Notes: generated by a model not told the origin, from the letters alone. DNA of 64,000 nucleotides from an uncultured Methylomirabilota bacterium (GCA_963705305.1 OY970067.1:2464001-2528000); one strand, 5' to 3'; numbered from the stretch's first letter, positions 1-11,765 are shown. Numbers and translations: made by a program.

Positions 1-390
1 GACGCCGTCGCCATCGGGCAGGTGACGCCCGGTCCCGTCTTCACCACGGCCACCTTCATCGGGTACCTTCTGGGCGGTCTCCGCGGCGGGCTCGTGGCCA
101 CGCTCGGCATTTTCCTGCCCTCTTTCCTGTTCGTCGCCGTCTCCAACCCGCTGATTCCCCGGATTCGCCGCTCGGCGTGGGCGGGGAGCCTCCTGGACGG
201 CGTGAACGCGGCCTCGCTCGGCCTGATGGCGGCCGTCACGTGGCAGTTGGCCCGGGCGTCGCTCACCGACCCCCTGTCCATCGGGATCGGCCTGTTCTCC
301 CTGGCGCTGCTGCTTCGGTTCAGGGCGAATTCGACGTGGCTGATCGCGGGCGGGGCCTGTGTCGGGCTGCTCCGGGCGGCCTTCGGCTGA
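1..390 (+). CDS. chrA: Chromate efflux transporter, C-terminal part (5' truncated by window edge)
   Basis: DAVAIGQVTPGPVFTTATFIGY and GIFLPSF motifs typical of CHR family; hydrophobic helices. Confidence 0.9.
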   Translation, partial: DAVAIGQVTPGPVFTTATFIGYLLGGLRGGLVATLGIFLPSFLFVAVSNPLIPRIRRSAWAGSLLDGVNAASLGLMAAVTWQLARASLTDPLSIGIGLFSLALLLRFRANSTWLIAGGACVGLLRAAFG

Positions 391-410
391 CCGCGCCGAC
401 CGAAATCCAA

Positions 411-428
411 GGGGACGTTGCATCCGAA
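411..428 (+). repeat. Orphan copy of the RAYT-element terminal repeat (GGGGACGTTGCATCCGAA)
   Basis: 18/18 identical to 61659-61676. Confidence 0.75.
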
Positions 429-587
429 ATTGCATTGTTCGTCATCCAGAGACACACGGATGATCTGTCCTCCCGTGCCTCCAGGCGAGTCGGCAGATCC
501 ACCACGACCCGAATTCCCGGGGTGCTGAAGAGAGAAGATTTCGGGAGAAGTCGAGCCACCGGTGGCCGAGGAAAGGGACAGGGGCGC

Positions 588-1886
588 TCATACAGCCCGC
601 GATTGCCGGGGAGACGGCCGGGCAGGCCGAGGGAGGTCGGGCGGCGGATTCGGCCGGCGCGGGGCGACGACCCACAGCAGCGCGGGAGAGATCACGGCCA
701 TGGCCAGTCCCACCCAGAGGGCGACGGCGTACGTTCCGGTGAGATCGTAAAGCTCTCCGGCGCTCCACGTCCCTGCGGCCAGCCCCAGGCAGAGGACCAG
801 GTACAGGGTGCCGAAGATGGTGGAGAACCCGGGCCCTCCGAAGAGATCGCTGGCAATCGCCGGCGGCACCGGCGCCATGACCCCGTACCCCAGGCCGATC
901 AGCATGGCGTACAGATAGAGCCAGGGGAGGGTTTGCCGAGTCCCGGCAATGACCAGCACCCAGATGCTGGCCATCACGCAGCCGAGAGCCAGACCGTAGG
1001 CCAGCTCTCGACCCGCCCGGTCCGAAAGGGCGCCCCAGCCGATCTTGGCCCCGATGCTGACCAACCCCACGGCGCCGCCCACGGTTGCGGCGGTGATGGC
1101 GAGCACGCCGTGATCCACGAGGTAGGCGACCTGGTGGATCATGAGCATCTGCGTGACGAAGTTGCCGGTGAAGTAGACAACGGCGAGCCCCCAGAATCGC
1201 CAGCTCGTCGCGGCGGTGGCGAGGGTCCAGTAGGACGCGGCCTTCGGCATTGCCGGCCCTCCGGCGCCGAGTCCCGCCGCGTCGTCCTCCGTCGGCGGGG
1301 GGTCGCGGACGAAGGCCACGGCGGCCGGCAGGATCCATGCCGACACCAGGAGGCCGAAGACGCGGTAGGCCCAGCGCCAGCCGACGGTGTCGATGAGGAA
1401 CTGCGCCAGGGGGACCAGACCGAAGATCCCGACCCCGATGCCGGCCGAGGCGAGTCCCATCATGGTGCCGACCCGCCGTGGGAACCATCCGCGGACGAGG
1501 ACCACCAGGGGAATCCAGCCCGTGAGGCTGATCCCCGTTGCCGTGATCCCGCTGAAGGCGATGTAGAGCTGCCACCACTGCCGGGTCTCGGCGGTCAGGA
1601 ACAGACCCAGGCCCATCACGCAGCCGCCGACCATGATCAGCCGCCGGGGGCCGAAGCGGCGCAGCAATTCGCCCACGACCGGTCCCAGCAGCCCGTGGAC
1701 CAGCACGAAGACCGCGAAGGCGCCGGCGACCAGGGAGCGGCTCCAGTGAAACTCGCGAAGCAGGGCGACCAGGAAGACCGAGTAGGAATACCACGCCCCA
1801 TAGATGACCACCAGGGTCACGAAGGTGGTGGCGACGATGATCCGACCGCGGCCTGAAACAGGATCCGACTTCGGCTCGGTCAACAC
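588..1886 (-). CDS. MFS transporter (OFA/MCT-like)
   Basis: About 12 TM helices, GELLRRFGPRR and GALSDRAGRE motif-A loops, WFPRRVG; start codon (GTG 1886 or TTG 1883) uncertain. Confidence 0.9.
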   Translation of the reverse strand: MLTEPKSDPVSGRGRIIVATTFVTLVVIYGAWYSYSVFLVALLREFHWSRSLVAGAFAVFVLVHGLLGPVVGELLRRFGPRRLIMVGGCVMGLGLFLTAETRQWWQLYIAFSGITATGISLTGWIPLVVLVRGWFPRRVGTMMGLASAGIGVGIFGLVPLAQFLIDTVGWRWAYRVFGLLVSAWILPAAVAFVRDPPPTEDDAAGLGAGGPAMPKAASYWTLATAATSWRFWGLAVVYFTGNFVTQMLMIHQVAYLVDHGVLAITAATVGGAVGLVSIGAKIGWGALSDRAGRELAYGLALGCVMASIWVLVIAGTRQTLPWLYLYAMLIGLGYGVMAPVPPAIASDLFGGPGFSTIFGTLYLVLCLGLAAGTWSAGELYDLTGTYAVALWVGLAMAVISPALLWVVAPRRPNPPPDLPRPARPSPRQSRAV

Positions 1887-2123
1887 GGGGTCCAGGGTCC
1901 TCCGGGGGATTGCAGGAACGAACCGCAAAATGATGACCCAAAGTCGCGGGAAAGTCGAGCGGAGGCTCGGCTTTGGCTGCTCGATGGGACGCGGCCGTCT
2001 CCGCTGCCGCCGCCTCGCCTTGCCGGCCGGACGGGGCGGGACATCGCCCGGCCGGCGAGACGCCGGGGGTGCGCCGGGGCCGCCGGGCCGGCTCGCGACG
2101 TGCGATCCGAAAGGACACCGCCG

Positions 2124-2681
2124 ATGAAAATGGGATCCTGGGCAGACGACATCAAGACCGTCCAGAAGAGCGCCGAGCATGTGACCGACGCATTGGCCGA
2201 GCTCGATGGCTGGCTGACGGGCACAGGCGGGAGCCGCGAGGGACAGCCGGCACCGCTCCCCGAGCGGGTGCAGGCCTTCCTCGAGTTGCTGCGGGCAGAG
2301 ATGTCCCGGATCGGCCAGGCGGGGGTGGGGCTCTTCAAGCGCCTCTCGACGGAACCGGTCGCAAAGCTCCTCGGGGGCTCGCCCCTCACGCGGGAGGAGT
2401 TTCACCTCTTGCAGGCCATGGGAATCCCTCTGGCCGCCGCCAGGTCGCTCGGCCTGGCGCCGCTGGACGACTTCGAGGTGCTCGGCTTGCTTCGGTACGA
2501 GGAGGGCGCGCGCCGCGCCTACATCAATCCCGGGTTGTCCAACGCCAAGACGGCAGCCCGGGGGGAGCTGCGCTACGGCATCGCCCCGGAGGACGTGCGA
2601 CTGGCCGACCTCCGGCCGGAGCAGCGCGCGTTTTTCGAGACGCACTGCCCCGGGCTCCTGGCTCGCTTCCGGCGCGAGTGA
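2124..2681 (+). CDS. Hypothetical protein (185 aa)
   Basis: AAAGGA RBS before ATG 2124; protein-like composition; no family recognised. Confidence 0.7.
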   Translation: MKMGSWADDIKTVQKSAEHVTDALAELDGWLTGTGGSREGQPAPLPERVQAFLELLRAEMSRIGQAGVGLFKRLSTEPVAKLLGGSPLTREEFHLLQAMGIPLAAARSLGLAPLDDFEVLGLLRYEEGARRAYINPGLSNAKTAARGELRYGIAPEDVRLADLRPEQRAFFETHCPGLLARFRRE

Positions 2682-2814
2682 GGGTCACACCCGTCCTGAA
2701 GCGGGACCCGACGCCAGGAACGTGCCCGCTCCAGTGCCCGAAATCCCTCGCTTTTTCCCGCTGGGCCGGATTAGAATACAAGATAAACTGCTTCCGCCAT
2801 GCAGGGAGGTATGG

Positions 2815-4767
2815 GTGACCCGAGTGTTTAAGTGGGTCGGCATCTCGATCGGCGGGCTGCTCTTACTGCTGCTCCTGGCTGCCCTCATCCTGCCGTCCGT
2901 GCTGAACGTGGATCGCTACCGAAATCTCTTGGCGAACCGGGCCGGGAAGGCGCTCGGACGAGAGGTGACGCTGGGCGCACTCCGGGTGAGCCTCTGGCAC
3001 GGCCTCGGTGTGGAGGCCAAAGGGATCACGATCGCCCCGGCGACCGGCTTCGGGCCACAGCCCTTCCTGACGGCGGATGCCCTGCGGATCCAGATTCATG
3101 TGCTGCCGCTTTTCCGGGGGCAGGTCCAGGTCAGCAGCGCCGCCCTAGAGCGCCCCCGCATCCATCTCACCCGGACGCCGGACGGCCGCTGGAGCGTGGA
3201 CGATCTCTTCAAGGGCCGGCCGGCCCCTGTGGCCGGCAAGCTTGCCCCCGAGGGACCGCGCCCCAGCCGGCCGGCCATGGTCGCCGGCCTCTTGCTCTCT
3301 CGAGTGACGGTCAGGAACGGAGAGGTCACGCTTCTGGATCAAACCCAAACCGCGGACATCCCGATCACCCTGACCGACGTCGTGCTCCGCATCGAGCAAC
3401 CGGCGCTTGCCGAGCCGCTGAGCGTCTGGCTGCGGGGACAGATCAGCACACCCGGGTCGGGCTCGATCGAGGCCGCGGCGAAAGTCGCCCCCGGCGACGC
3501 GCAAGGTCCTATGGTAGACGGGACAGTGACGTTCCGTGACGTGGAGGCCTCTCCCTGGCAGAAGGCGCTGGTCGGCCCGGTAAGCGGGGTCCGGGTTTCT
3601 GGGCCGCTCTCCGGTGACCTCACCTTACGCGGACCCCTTGCCCGCTCGTCTTTCAGCGGCGGTCTGGATCTGAAATCGGTCGCCATACAGGCGGGCGGCA
3701 CGTTCCGCAAGCCGGCCGGGGAGAATGCCAGCCTGAACATGCAGGGGCGGCGCGAGGACCCTGGGGTCGTGCTGACAAAATTGGCGCTGGTCGTGAAAGG
3801 AATGAAGCTGGAGGGCAGTGCCCGCATTCCCGACCTGCGCGCTCCCCAGGTGAGTTTTACGATGACATCGCCCAAGCTTGACCTGGACCGGCTCCTGGCG
3901 ACGCCGGAGTCCAAGCAGGCCTGGTGGGAGCCGGCCTCCGCCTGGGCCGCCGCGAGTCCGGCGAGCTCCAGGGGCGGCGGAGCGGATTCGGGGCTCTCGG
4001 CCCAAGGGCAGGTCAGCGTCGGCGAGCTCCGGTTCCACGGCCTGAATTGGACGGGGGTACGGGCTGATGTCAAATACCAGAACGGATCAGTCCGTCTGTC
4101 GAGCATGCAGGCCGAGTTCATGAACGGCAGGCTCACTGCCTCGGGCGAGGTGGACCTGCTTCCCAAGAGCCCGCGAGTCACCATGACCTCGCATCTGGAG
4201 CGGGTGGCCACGGAACCGCTGGTGAAGGCGCTGAAGCTCGGCTCCTGGAGCCTGAGAAGCGGGTTGGATGCCGAGGCCGACCTGACGTTTGCCGGTTTCT
4301 CGCGCCGGGACATCCTGGAATCGGCGGTGGGGAAGGGCTCGATCCATCTCACCGAGGGGCGCCTCAGCAATTACCGGCCGCTGGAGCGGCTGTCGGAGGT
4401 GGCGGGACCGATCCTGGCGAGCCAGGGGGTCCATGTCCGGCTCGACGAGTTTCAAAGCGTAGCCGGACACTACACCCTGGACAATGGGGTGCTTCGCACC
4501 CAGGACCTCACCCTCACCAAGCCCGAGGGGACCGTGACGGTCGCGGGATCGCTGAACCTCCTCGACTCCGGCCTGAACTTCGATGTGGTGGCGAAGCTGG
4601 GGCGCACGACCATCGAGGCCAAGGTCACCGGGACAACGAGCAAGCCGATCGTGCTCCCCAAGTTGGGACGGCTCCAGCAAAACATCGACAAAGAGCTGCA
4701 AAAGCTCGTCCCCGGGGATCGCGGCAAGGCGTTGAAAGACCTCTTCCGCGGCCTCTTCGGCAAATAG
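2815..4767 (+). CDS. AsmA family protein
   Basis: N-terminal TM anchor, ALGREVTLG, LERPRIHL, beta-taco repeats, C-terminal GTTSKP; GGAGG before GTG 2815. Confidence 0.85.
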   Translation: MTRVFKWVGISIGGLLLLLLLAALILPSVLNVDRYRNLLANRAGKALGREVTLGALRVSLWHGLGVEAKGITIAPATGFGPQPFLTADALRIQIHVLPLFRGQVQVSSAALERPRIHLTRTPDGRWSVDDLFKGRPAPVAGKLAPEGPRPSRPAMVAGLLLSRVTVRNGEVTLLDQTQTADIPITLTDVVLRIEQPALAEPLSVWLRGQISTPGSGSIEAAAKVAPGDAQGPMVDGTVTFRDVEASPWQKALVGPVSGVRVSGPLSGDLTLRGPLARSSFSGGLDLKSVAIQAGGTFRKPAGENASLNMQGRREDPGVVLTKLALVVKGMKLEGSARIPDLRAPQVSFTMTSPKLDLDRLLATPESKQAWWEPASAWAAASPASSRGGGADSGLSAQGQVSVGELRFHGLNWTGVRADVKYQNGSVRLSSMQAEFMNGRLTASGEVDLLPKSPRVTMTSHLERVATEPLVKALKLGSWSLRSGLDAEADLTFAGFSRRDILESAVGKGSIHLTEGRLSNYRPLERLSEVAGPILASQGVHVRLDEFQSVAGHYTLDNGVLRTQDLTLTKPEGTVTVAGSLNLLDSGLNFDVVAKLGRTTIEAKVTGTTSKPIVLPKLGRLQQNIDKELQKLVPGDRGKALKDLFRGLFGK

Positions 4768-4780
4768 GCCGTTTCCCCCC

Positions 4781-5023
4781 ATGAACCTGGCCCTGCTCAC
4801 CCCGTACGCCCTGGTGGTGTTTCACGAGACCATCCGGGAGGTGGTCCGGCGCGAGATGCCTGGCGCCGACCCGCGCGTCCGGGTGATCGCACAGTCGGTG
4901 GCCTGCACGGGGACGCCCGGGGAGCGGGGCCGCCGAAAGGTGGCGGCGGAGATTTCTCCGGAGAAAGAGATCGAAGGGCATCGCGCCCTCTACCGGTCGC
5001 TCGTCGGGATTCGGGAGGCATAA
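4781..5023 (+). pseudogene. Internally deleted family-4 glycosyltransferase remnant (80 aa)
   Basis: Joins a GT4-like start (MNLALLTPY), mid segment (VVFH...RVRVIAQSV) and C-terminus (GERGRRKVAAEISPEKEIEGHRALYRSL) in one short ORF. Confidence 0.55.
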
Positions 5024-5941
5024 ATGGATCTCAAGAGCCTGGAGGTCTTCTGCAGGATTGTCGAGCTGGGGGGGTTCTCCAGGGCGGCGGAGGCGGTCCA
5101 CCTCACCCAGCCGACGGTGAGCGGGCACATCAAGGGCCTCGAGACGGAGGTGGGGATGAGTCTGCTGGATCGCGTCGGCAGGCGGGTCACCCCGACGCGG
5201 GGTGGGGAGATCCTCTACGGCTATGCCCGGCGGATTCTGGTCCTGCGCGATCAGGCCCAGGAGGCCCTCAGCGCCCACAAAGGGGGGTTGAAGGGTCATC
5301 TCGCCGTCGGGGGGAGCAGCATCCCGGGCACCTATGTCCTGCCTGCCTTGGTGGCGGCCTTCAAGCAGGGCCACCCGGATGTGACTTTGGCTCTTGTCGT
5401 CCGGGACTCCCGCGAGATCGTGCGGGGAGTGATCGAGGGGCACTACGAGCTGGGACTGATCGGGGCGCGATTCGAGGAGGCGCGCGTCCGCCATGATCGC
5501 TTCGGCGAGGACGAGCTGGTGCTGGCCGTGTCGGCCTCTCATCCCTGGGCCGGTCGAAGCAGCGTGCGCCTCGGGGAGCTGGCGGGCCAGTCCTTCGTCA
5601 TGCGCGAGCGCGGGTCGGGGACCCGCAAGGTGATGGAAGCGGAGTTGGCCGCGCGCGGCCTCGACCCGAAGACTCTGCGGGTCACCCTGGAAGTCACGGG
5701 CAGCGAGGCGGTCCGTCAAGCTCTGAAAGCCGGGGCGGGGATCGCGGTAATCTCCCGCCTGGCCATCCAGGATGATCTCCGCTCCGGGAGCCTGGCGGCG
5801 GTGCAGATCCGGGGCCTCAGGCTCGTTCGCCCCTTCTACCTGGTTACCCACAAGAGCCGATCCAGGTCCCCCGCGGGCGACGCGTTTCTCGCCTTCCTGC
5901 GGACCGGGAGCCGGGGGACCTCTCTCCCGGAACCGCAATGA
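5024..5941 (+). CDS. LysR family transcriptional regulator (CysL/selenium-associated type)
   Basis: FSRAAEAVHLTQPTVSGHIKGLE HTH; GGSSIPG and RERGSGTR substrate-domain motifs. Confidence 0.95.
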   Translation: MDLKSLEVFCRIVELGGFSRAAEAVHLTQPTVSGHIKGLETEVGMSLLDRVGRRVTPTRGGEILYGYARRILVLRDQAQEALSAHKGGLKGHLAVGGSSIPGTYVLPALVAAFKQGHPDVTLALVVRDSREIVRGVIEGHYELGLIGARFEEARVRHDRFGEDELVLAVSASHPWAGRSSVRLGELAGQSFVMRERGSGTRKVMEAELAARGLDPKTLRVTLEVTGSEAVRQALKAGAGIAVISRLAIQDDLRSGSLAAVQIRGLRLVRPFYLVTHKSRSRSPAGDAFLAFLRTGSRGTSLPEPQ

Positions 5942-5978
5942 CCGGACGCGGGGCCTGGCTGCGGCGTGGGCGGTCAAG

Positions 5979-6353
5979 ATGATCGAAGTGCTGGCAAGCG
6001 GCTGGCTGATCGGGATTGCCATCGCCTTGCCGGTGGGGCCGGTGATCACGGAGGTCATCCGGCGCGGCCTGCGGGCGGGGTTCCTCCAGGCGTGGCTGGT
6101 CGGCATCGGGGCATCCCTCTCCCACGGCATCCTGGCCTATCTCACCCTCCTGGGCGTGGTGGCGCTGCTGGATCGACCGGTGTGGCATGCGGTCCTCGGG
6201 TCGGCAGGCGTCCTGGTTCTGGGTTACCTTGGCGTGGATGCCTTCCGCGCCAGCACGGCGTTGCCCGCAACAGATGGCGAGGCCCCCCCGGCACGTTTCC
6301 GGATACCGCTTGCATGCGGCGCCAGCCTCGGGTATGAATCCAGGTCGGAATAA
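5979..6353 (+). pseudogene. LysE/RhtB translocator, N-terminal half only
   Basis: GIAIALPVGPV...RRGLRAGF...GIGA motif; 124 aa versus about 200 typical; 3' end runs into the probable asnS promoter. Confidence 0.7.
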
Positions 6354-6374
6354 CCCTCGAAGAGGAGAAGCTCG

Positions 6375-7775
<1,401 letters not shown>

Positions 7776-7798
7776 CCCTGATCCGAAAGAACTGTTGA

Positions 7799-7945
7799 AC
7801 CGCCATGACGCCAAGGCTTTCCAACTCAGGGATCGCGGCGGCCTTCATTCAAGGAATGGGAACGCCTCATCAGGGGATGTGACGCGGCCCAGTCCTTTTG
7901 GCATTTTGCCCATGCCAGTCGTGCCTTTCTTGGCGCCTTGGCGGT
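7799..7945. repeat. Intergenic inverted repeat built from about 9-nt (CGCCAAG) units
   Basis: ACCGCCATGACGCCAAG (7799-7815) pairs 15/17 with CTTGGCGCCTTGGCGGT (7929-7945); lies between convergent asnS and glgC. Confidence 0.65.
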
Positions 7946-7965
7946 GAGGTATTTTCGGAATGAGG

Positions 7966-9273
7966 CTAGATCACGGTGCCGTGGGGAATGACTTGGCCTT
8001 TGGGGATGATGACGATGCCGTCGCGGACGTAGTAGAGGGGGTGGTCGGCCGAGTCGGGCTTGCCGTCGGCGGTGATGACGCAGTGGTCGCCGATGCGAAC
8101 GTTCTTGTCGATGATGGCGTGATCCACCCGGGTGTGCTTGCCGATCCCCATGCGGGGCAGGCCCTCCCGGACGCAGCGGGCGAGAGACTCCTGCGACTCG
8201 AACTCGTCGGCGCCGAGGATCACGCTGCGGGTGATGTGGCTGCCCTCGTCCACCAGGGACCGGACACCCACCACGCTCTGCGCGATCTGGCAATGGTTGA
8301 CGATGCAGCCTTCGGCGATGATGGCGTGGTCGATGGTCGCCCCGTTGATCTTCGAGGCGGGCAGGAAGCGGGGACGGGTGTAGATGGGGGCCCGCATGTC
8401 GAAGAAGTTGAAGCGGGGCAGCTCCGCGACCAGGTCCAGATGGGCCTCGAAGTAGGAGCGGATGCTCCCGATATCCTCCCAGTACCCCCGGAAGACGTAG
8501 GAGAAGACCCGGTGACTCTGGATGGCCTGGGGGATGACGTGGCGCCCGAAATCAGCCAGGCTGTTGTCGAGGAGGTCGAAGAGCGTGTGGCGATTGAAGA
8601 GGTAGATGCCCATGGAGGCCAGGAGCAGCTCCCGATCCTCCGGGAGGTCGAGCTGCCGCCGGGTGGCCGGATCGGGCCGGAGGTCGTCCAGCAGCTCCGC
8701 CGTCCTGGGCTTCTCTACGTAGTTGACGATGCGGCTCTCGGCGTCCACCTGGAGGATGCCAAAGGCGCCGGCCGCCTCACGGGTCACCGGGACGGTGGCC
8801 AGGGTGAAGTCGGCCCCGATCTCCATGTGCTGCTGGAGGATCAGCCGGAAGTCCATCCGATAGAGCTGGTCGCCGCTCAGGATCAGGGCGTAATCGAAGT
8901 CGGCGTTCCGGAGGTGTCCGATGTTCCTCCGCACGGCATCGGCGGTTCCCTGGTACCATGTCGATTCGGTGAGGGTCTGCTCCGCCGCCAGGATCTCCAC
9001 GAACCCGCCGCTGAACTGGTCGAATGTGAAGGAGCCGTACACGTGCCGGTGGAGGGAGGCGGACAGGAACTGGGTGAGCAGATAGATCCGCCGCATCCCG
9101 GAGTTGATGCTGTTGGAGATGGGGATGTCCACCAGGCGATACTTGCCGGCCAGCGGGACGGCCGGCTTGGCGCGCTCCCGGGTGAGAGGGAACAGGCGCT
9201 TGCCCTGGCCGCCCCCCATGATGATGGTGATGACGCGGCTCGGATCCGGCAGGCGCGACGGGCCGGCAGGCAT
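7966..9273 (-). CDS. glgC: Glucose-1-phosphate adenylyltransferase
   Basis: GGGQGKRLFPLTRERAKPAVP, WYQGTADAV, SGDQLYRMD, SMGIY, YWEDIG. Confidence 0.97.
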   Translation of the reverse strand: MPAGPSRLPDPSRVITIIMGGGQGKRLFPLTRERAKPAVPLAGKYRLVDIPISNSINSGMRRIYLLTQFLSASLHRHVYGSFTFDQFSGGFVEILAAEQTLTESTWYQGTADAVRRNIGHLRNADFDYALILSGDQLYRMDFRLILQQHMEIGADFTLATVPVTREAAGAFGILQVDAESRIVNYVEKPRTAELLDDLRPDPATRRQLDLPEDRELLLASMGIYLFNRHTLFDLLDNSLADFGRHVIPQAIQSHRVFSYVFRGYWEDIGSIRSYFEAHLDLVAELPRFNFFDMRAPIYTRPRFLPASKINGATIDHAIIAEGCIVNHCQIAQSVVGVRSLVDEGSHITRSVILGADEFESQESLARCVREGLPRMGIGKHTRVDHAIIDKNVRIGDHCVITADGKPDSADHPLYYVRDGIVIIPKGQVIPHGTVI

Positions 9274-9284
9274 GGAGACTCTCC

Positions 9285-10463
9285 TCAGCGCCCGGAGGTT
9301 GCCAAGAAACGAGCCAGCCGGTTCATGGCCTCCTCCAGAATGGCGCGCTCGGACGCGTAACAGATGCGGACCGACCCCTCGCCCCCCTGCCCGAAGGCCA
9401 CGCCGGGGGCGATCCCCAGCCCGGTCTCGTGCAGGAGGCGCCAGCAGAAGGCAAAGGAGTCCTGGAGCCCTTCGATCCGCGGGAAGAGATAGAAGGCCCC
9501 GTCGGGCTCGGGGACGGTGAGGCCCGGCATCCCCCGGAGGGCGTCCAGGCAGAAATCCCGGTTGGCCTTGAGCCGCGCCAGCATCCCGCGCAATTCCTCC
9601 TCGCCGTTGGCCAGGGCGCATTGCGCGGCCCGCTGGATGAAGCTGGTGGCGTGGGAGACGATGAACTCATTGAGCTGCGCCGCGCGCTCGGCCACGTCCC
9701 GGCGAGCCACCAGCCAGCCGATGCGCCAGCCGGTCATGCAGTAGCTCTTGGAGAAAGATTGCGTCACCAGCACCGCGTCACCGCGGCAGGCCTTGCGAAG
9801 GATGGAAGGGGCGGCCGTGCCCAGCTCGCCGGTGCGGTAGTAGAGCCGGTCGTATACCTCGTCGGCCAGCAGCCACAGGTCGTGCCGCCGCGCGAAGTCG
9901 AGGAGGGCTTCCTCCTCCGTCTCCGTGGCGACCCAGCCGAGGGGATTGGAGGGAGAGGTGTACAGCAAGAGGCGCGTGCGCGGCGTGACCGCGCTCTCGA
10001 GGGCCTCGAAGTCCACCGCGTACCGCCCTCCGGCCAGGACCAGGGGAATCTCCACCGGGACCGCATTGTCCATCTGGACGATGGCGGCGCCGTTGGGCCA
10101 GGCGGGGGTGAGGACCAGCGCCTCGTCGCCGGGGTTCAGCACGCAGCGGATGGTCACGTTCAACGCCTGCACGCCGGAGGCGGTGACGACGATCTCGGAC
10201 CCCGGATCAAGTTCCACGCCCTGGGTACGCGTGTAGTAGGCGGCCAGCTCCTGCCGCAGGGACGGCAGGCCCGCGTTCTCCGAATAGTAGGTGTACCCCT
10301 CTTCCAGGGCCTTGATGGCGGCCCGCTTGATATATTCGGGCGTGGGGAGGTTGGATTCGCCGAAGTAGAGCTTCAGCACGCCATCCATCCGCATGGCGGC
10401 TTCCGCCAGCTCGCGGATGCGGGAGTACGGGATCTGGGTTGCCGAGGACGCGACGGTAGGCAT
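9285..10463 (-). CDS. PLP-dependent aminotransferase class I/II
   Basis: SPSNPLG, DEVY, SFSKSYCMTGWRIG. Confidence 0.95.
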   Translation of the reverse strand: MPTVASSATQIPYSRIRELAEAAMRMDGVLKLYFGESNLPTPEYIKRAAIKALEEGYTYYSENAGLPSLRQELAAYYTRTQGVELDPGSEIVVTASGVQALNVTIRCVLNPGDEALVLTPAWPNGAAIVQMDNAVPVEIPLVLAGGRYAVDFEALESAVTPRTRLLLYTSPSNPLGWVATETEEEALLDFARRHDLWLLADEVYDRLYYRTGELGTAAPSILRKACRGDAVLVTQSFSKSYCMTGWRIGWLVARRDVAERAAQLNEFIVSHATSFIQRAAQCALANGEEELRGMLARLKANRDFCLDALRGMPGLTVPEPDGAFYLFPRIEGLQDSFAFCWRLLHETGLGIAPGVAFGQGGEGSVRICYASERAILEEAMNRLARFLATSGR

Positions 10464-10562
10464 GATCGCTTGCAGACCCCCTTGTGTCGGAGACTTCGGG
10501 CACGGGGCGCCACGCCCCGCAGACACGGCCGACTTGCATTGTATCCGATGACCCCTGCCAGG

Positions 10563-10700
10563 TCACGCAAAGTCGCCAAACACGCCAAGTGGGAACGGAG
10601 AACCGGGGAACCGGAGAGACGCTCGGGCGCGGGGGAGCTGGGGCGCTGGGGAGCAGGGGGGAGGGGGTGACACGGAGAGACGGAGAGACAGACGGGAAGA
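10563..10700. repeat. Short-period (9-nt, then about 8-nt) purine-rich intergenic repeats
   Basis: CGCAAAGT-CGCCAAACA-CGCCAAG followed by GGAGAACC/GGGGAACC/GGAGAGAC units. Confidence 0.5.
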
Positions 10701-10731
10701 TTCGAAAAGAACCCGGCGAGGGATGAAAGGG

Positions 10732-11511
10732 TCAGGTGGGGTCCTTGGAGGCCACGCGCCACCACAGCACCGCGCTCCGGCGCTGCATGGGGGCGACGAG
10801 GCACGAGCCCACGCGCACCAGCCTGTTCTGCAGGAACCCCACCAGGAGGCGGCGCTTCTCCGCATCCTCCAGGTGCAGCCGCTGCATCCAGAACTCCACG
10901 GCCTCTTCCATGTCCTCGAATGGCTGGTCGAAATGGTACGAGATGACCTGGACGTTCGCGTAGATCCCCAGACTGTGCAGCAGGGTGATTGTCCGGAGGT
11001 AATCCTCCCGGGCGGGATAGGGCCGGCCCAGCAGCAGGGGGTGCAGCTCTCCGAAATAGAACTTCTCCGTGCCGGGCCCCACGTTCTGCACCAGGGCCAC
11101 GGCGCGCAGGGCCAGCGGCTCGGCTGCCGTGAGAAACCCGAGCAGATCGTTGAAGACCGGCCGGACGTTGGCCACCAGGATGAGGTCGTGGGGCGGCAGC
11201 TGGGCCTGGCCCCAGGCGGCCGGGAGACAGGTGACGTTGGTCAGGCGGCTGCGCGCCAGGTTGGCGCGCAACTCCTCCAGCATGGGGCCGGAAGGCTCCA
11301 GGGCCGTCACCCGCGGCACAATCCTCGCCAGCGGGATGGTAAGAGCGCCGACGCCGGCGCCCACGTCCAGGACGCTCCGACAGCCGGCCAGAATCGGTTC
11401 CAGGGCCTTCACGGTCTGCGCGGGGAAGTTGCTGATCTGGACCGCCGCGTTGAACTGGCGGGCGCGGCGCGGGGTCCAGAACTCCTCGGCGTGGTCGGAT
11501 GGTGAGCGCAC
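10732..11511 (-). CDS. Class I SAM-dependent methyltransferase
   Basis: VLDVGAGVG, VTALEPSGPML. Confidence 0.88.
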   Translation of the reverse strand: MRSPSDHAEEFWTPRRARQFNAAVQISNFPAQTVKALEPILAGCRSVLDVGAGVGALTIPLARIVPRVTALEPSGPMLEELRANLARSRLTNVTCLPAAWGQAQLPPHDLILVANVRPVFNDLLGFLTAAEPLALRAVALVQNVGPGTEKFYFGELHPLLLGRPYPAREDYLRTITLLHSLGIYANVQVISYHFDQPFEDMEEAVEFWMQRLHLEDAEKRRLLVGFLQNRLVRVGSCLVAPMQRRSAVLWWRVASKDPT

Positions 11512-11729
11512 GACTGTCTCCGCGTGGGGTCGCTGGCGTCAGGCGCGATGATACCCGGGGCGGGGCGGCTCCGCCAACGGAAAATGCGCGCCCGTGCATC
11601 AGCCTGGACGTGGACCCGGAATGCGCGGGCGACGGGCTTGTGGCATTGACCGCCAGGCGGCCTCCAGGTTTTTCTCCCACAGGAAAATCCGGACTAATTC
11701 CGAATGGTCGGCCCGTCCCTCCCTCGGTA

Positions 11730-11765
11730 TTGACATTCTGACCAGAAGTGACTAACTTGTAGTCA
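11730..11765 (+). promoter_or_regulatory. Sigma70 promoter with two operator palindromes for the TA operon (probably leaderless)
   Basis: TTGACA (11730) - 17 nt - TAACTT (11753); palindromes TTCTG-AC-CAGAA and TGACTA-ACTTG-TAGTCA; ATG 6 nt after the -10 box. Confidence 0.75.
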
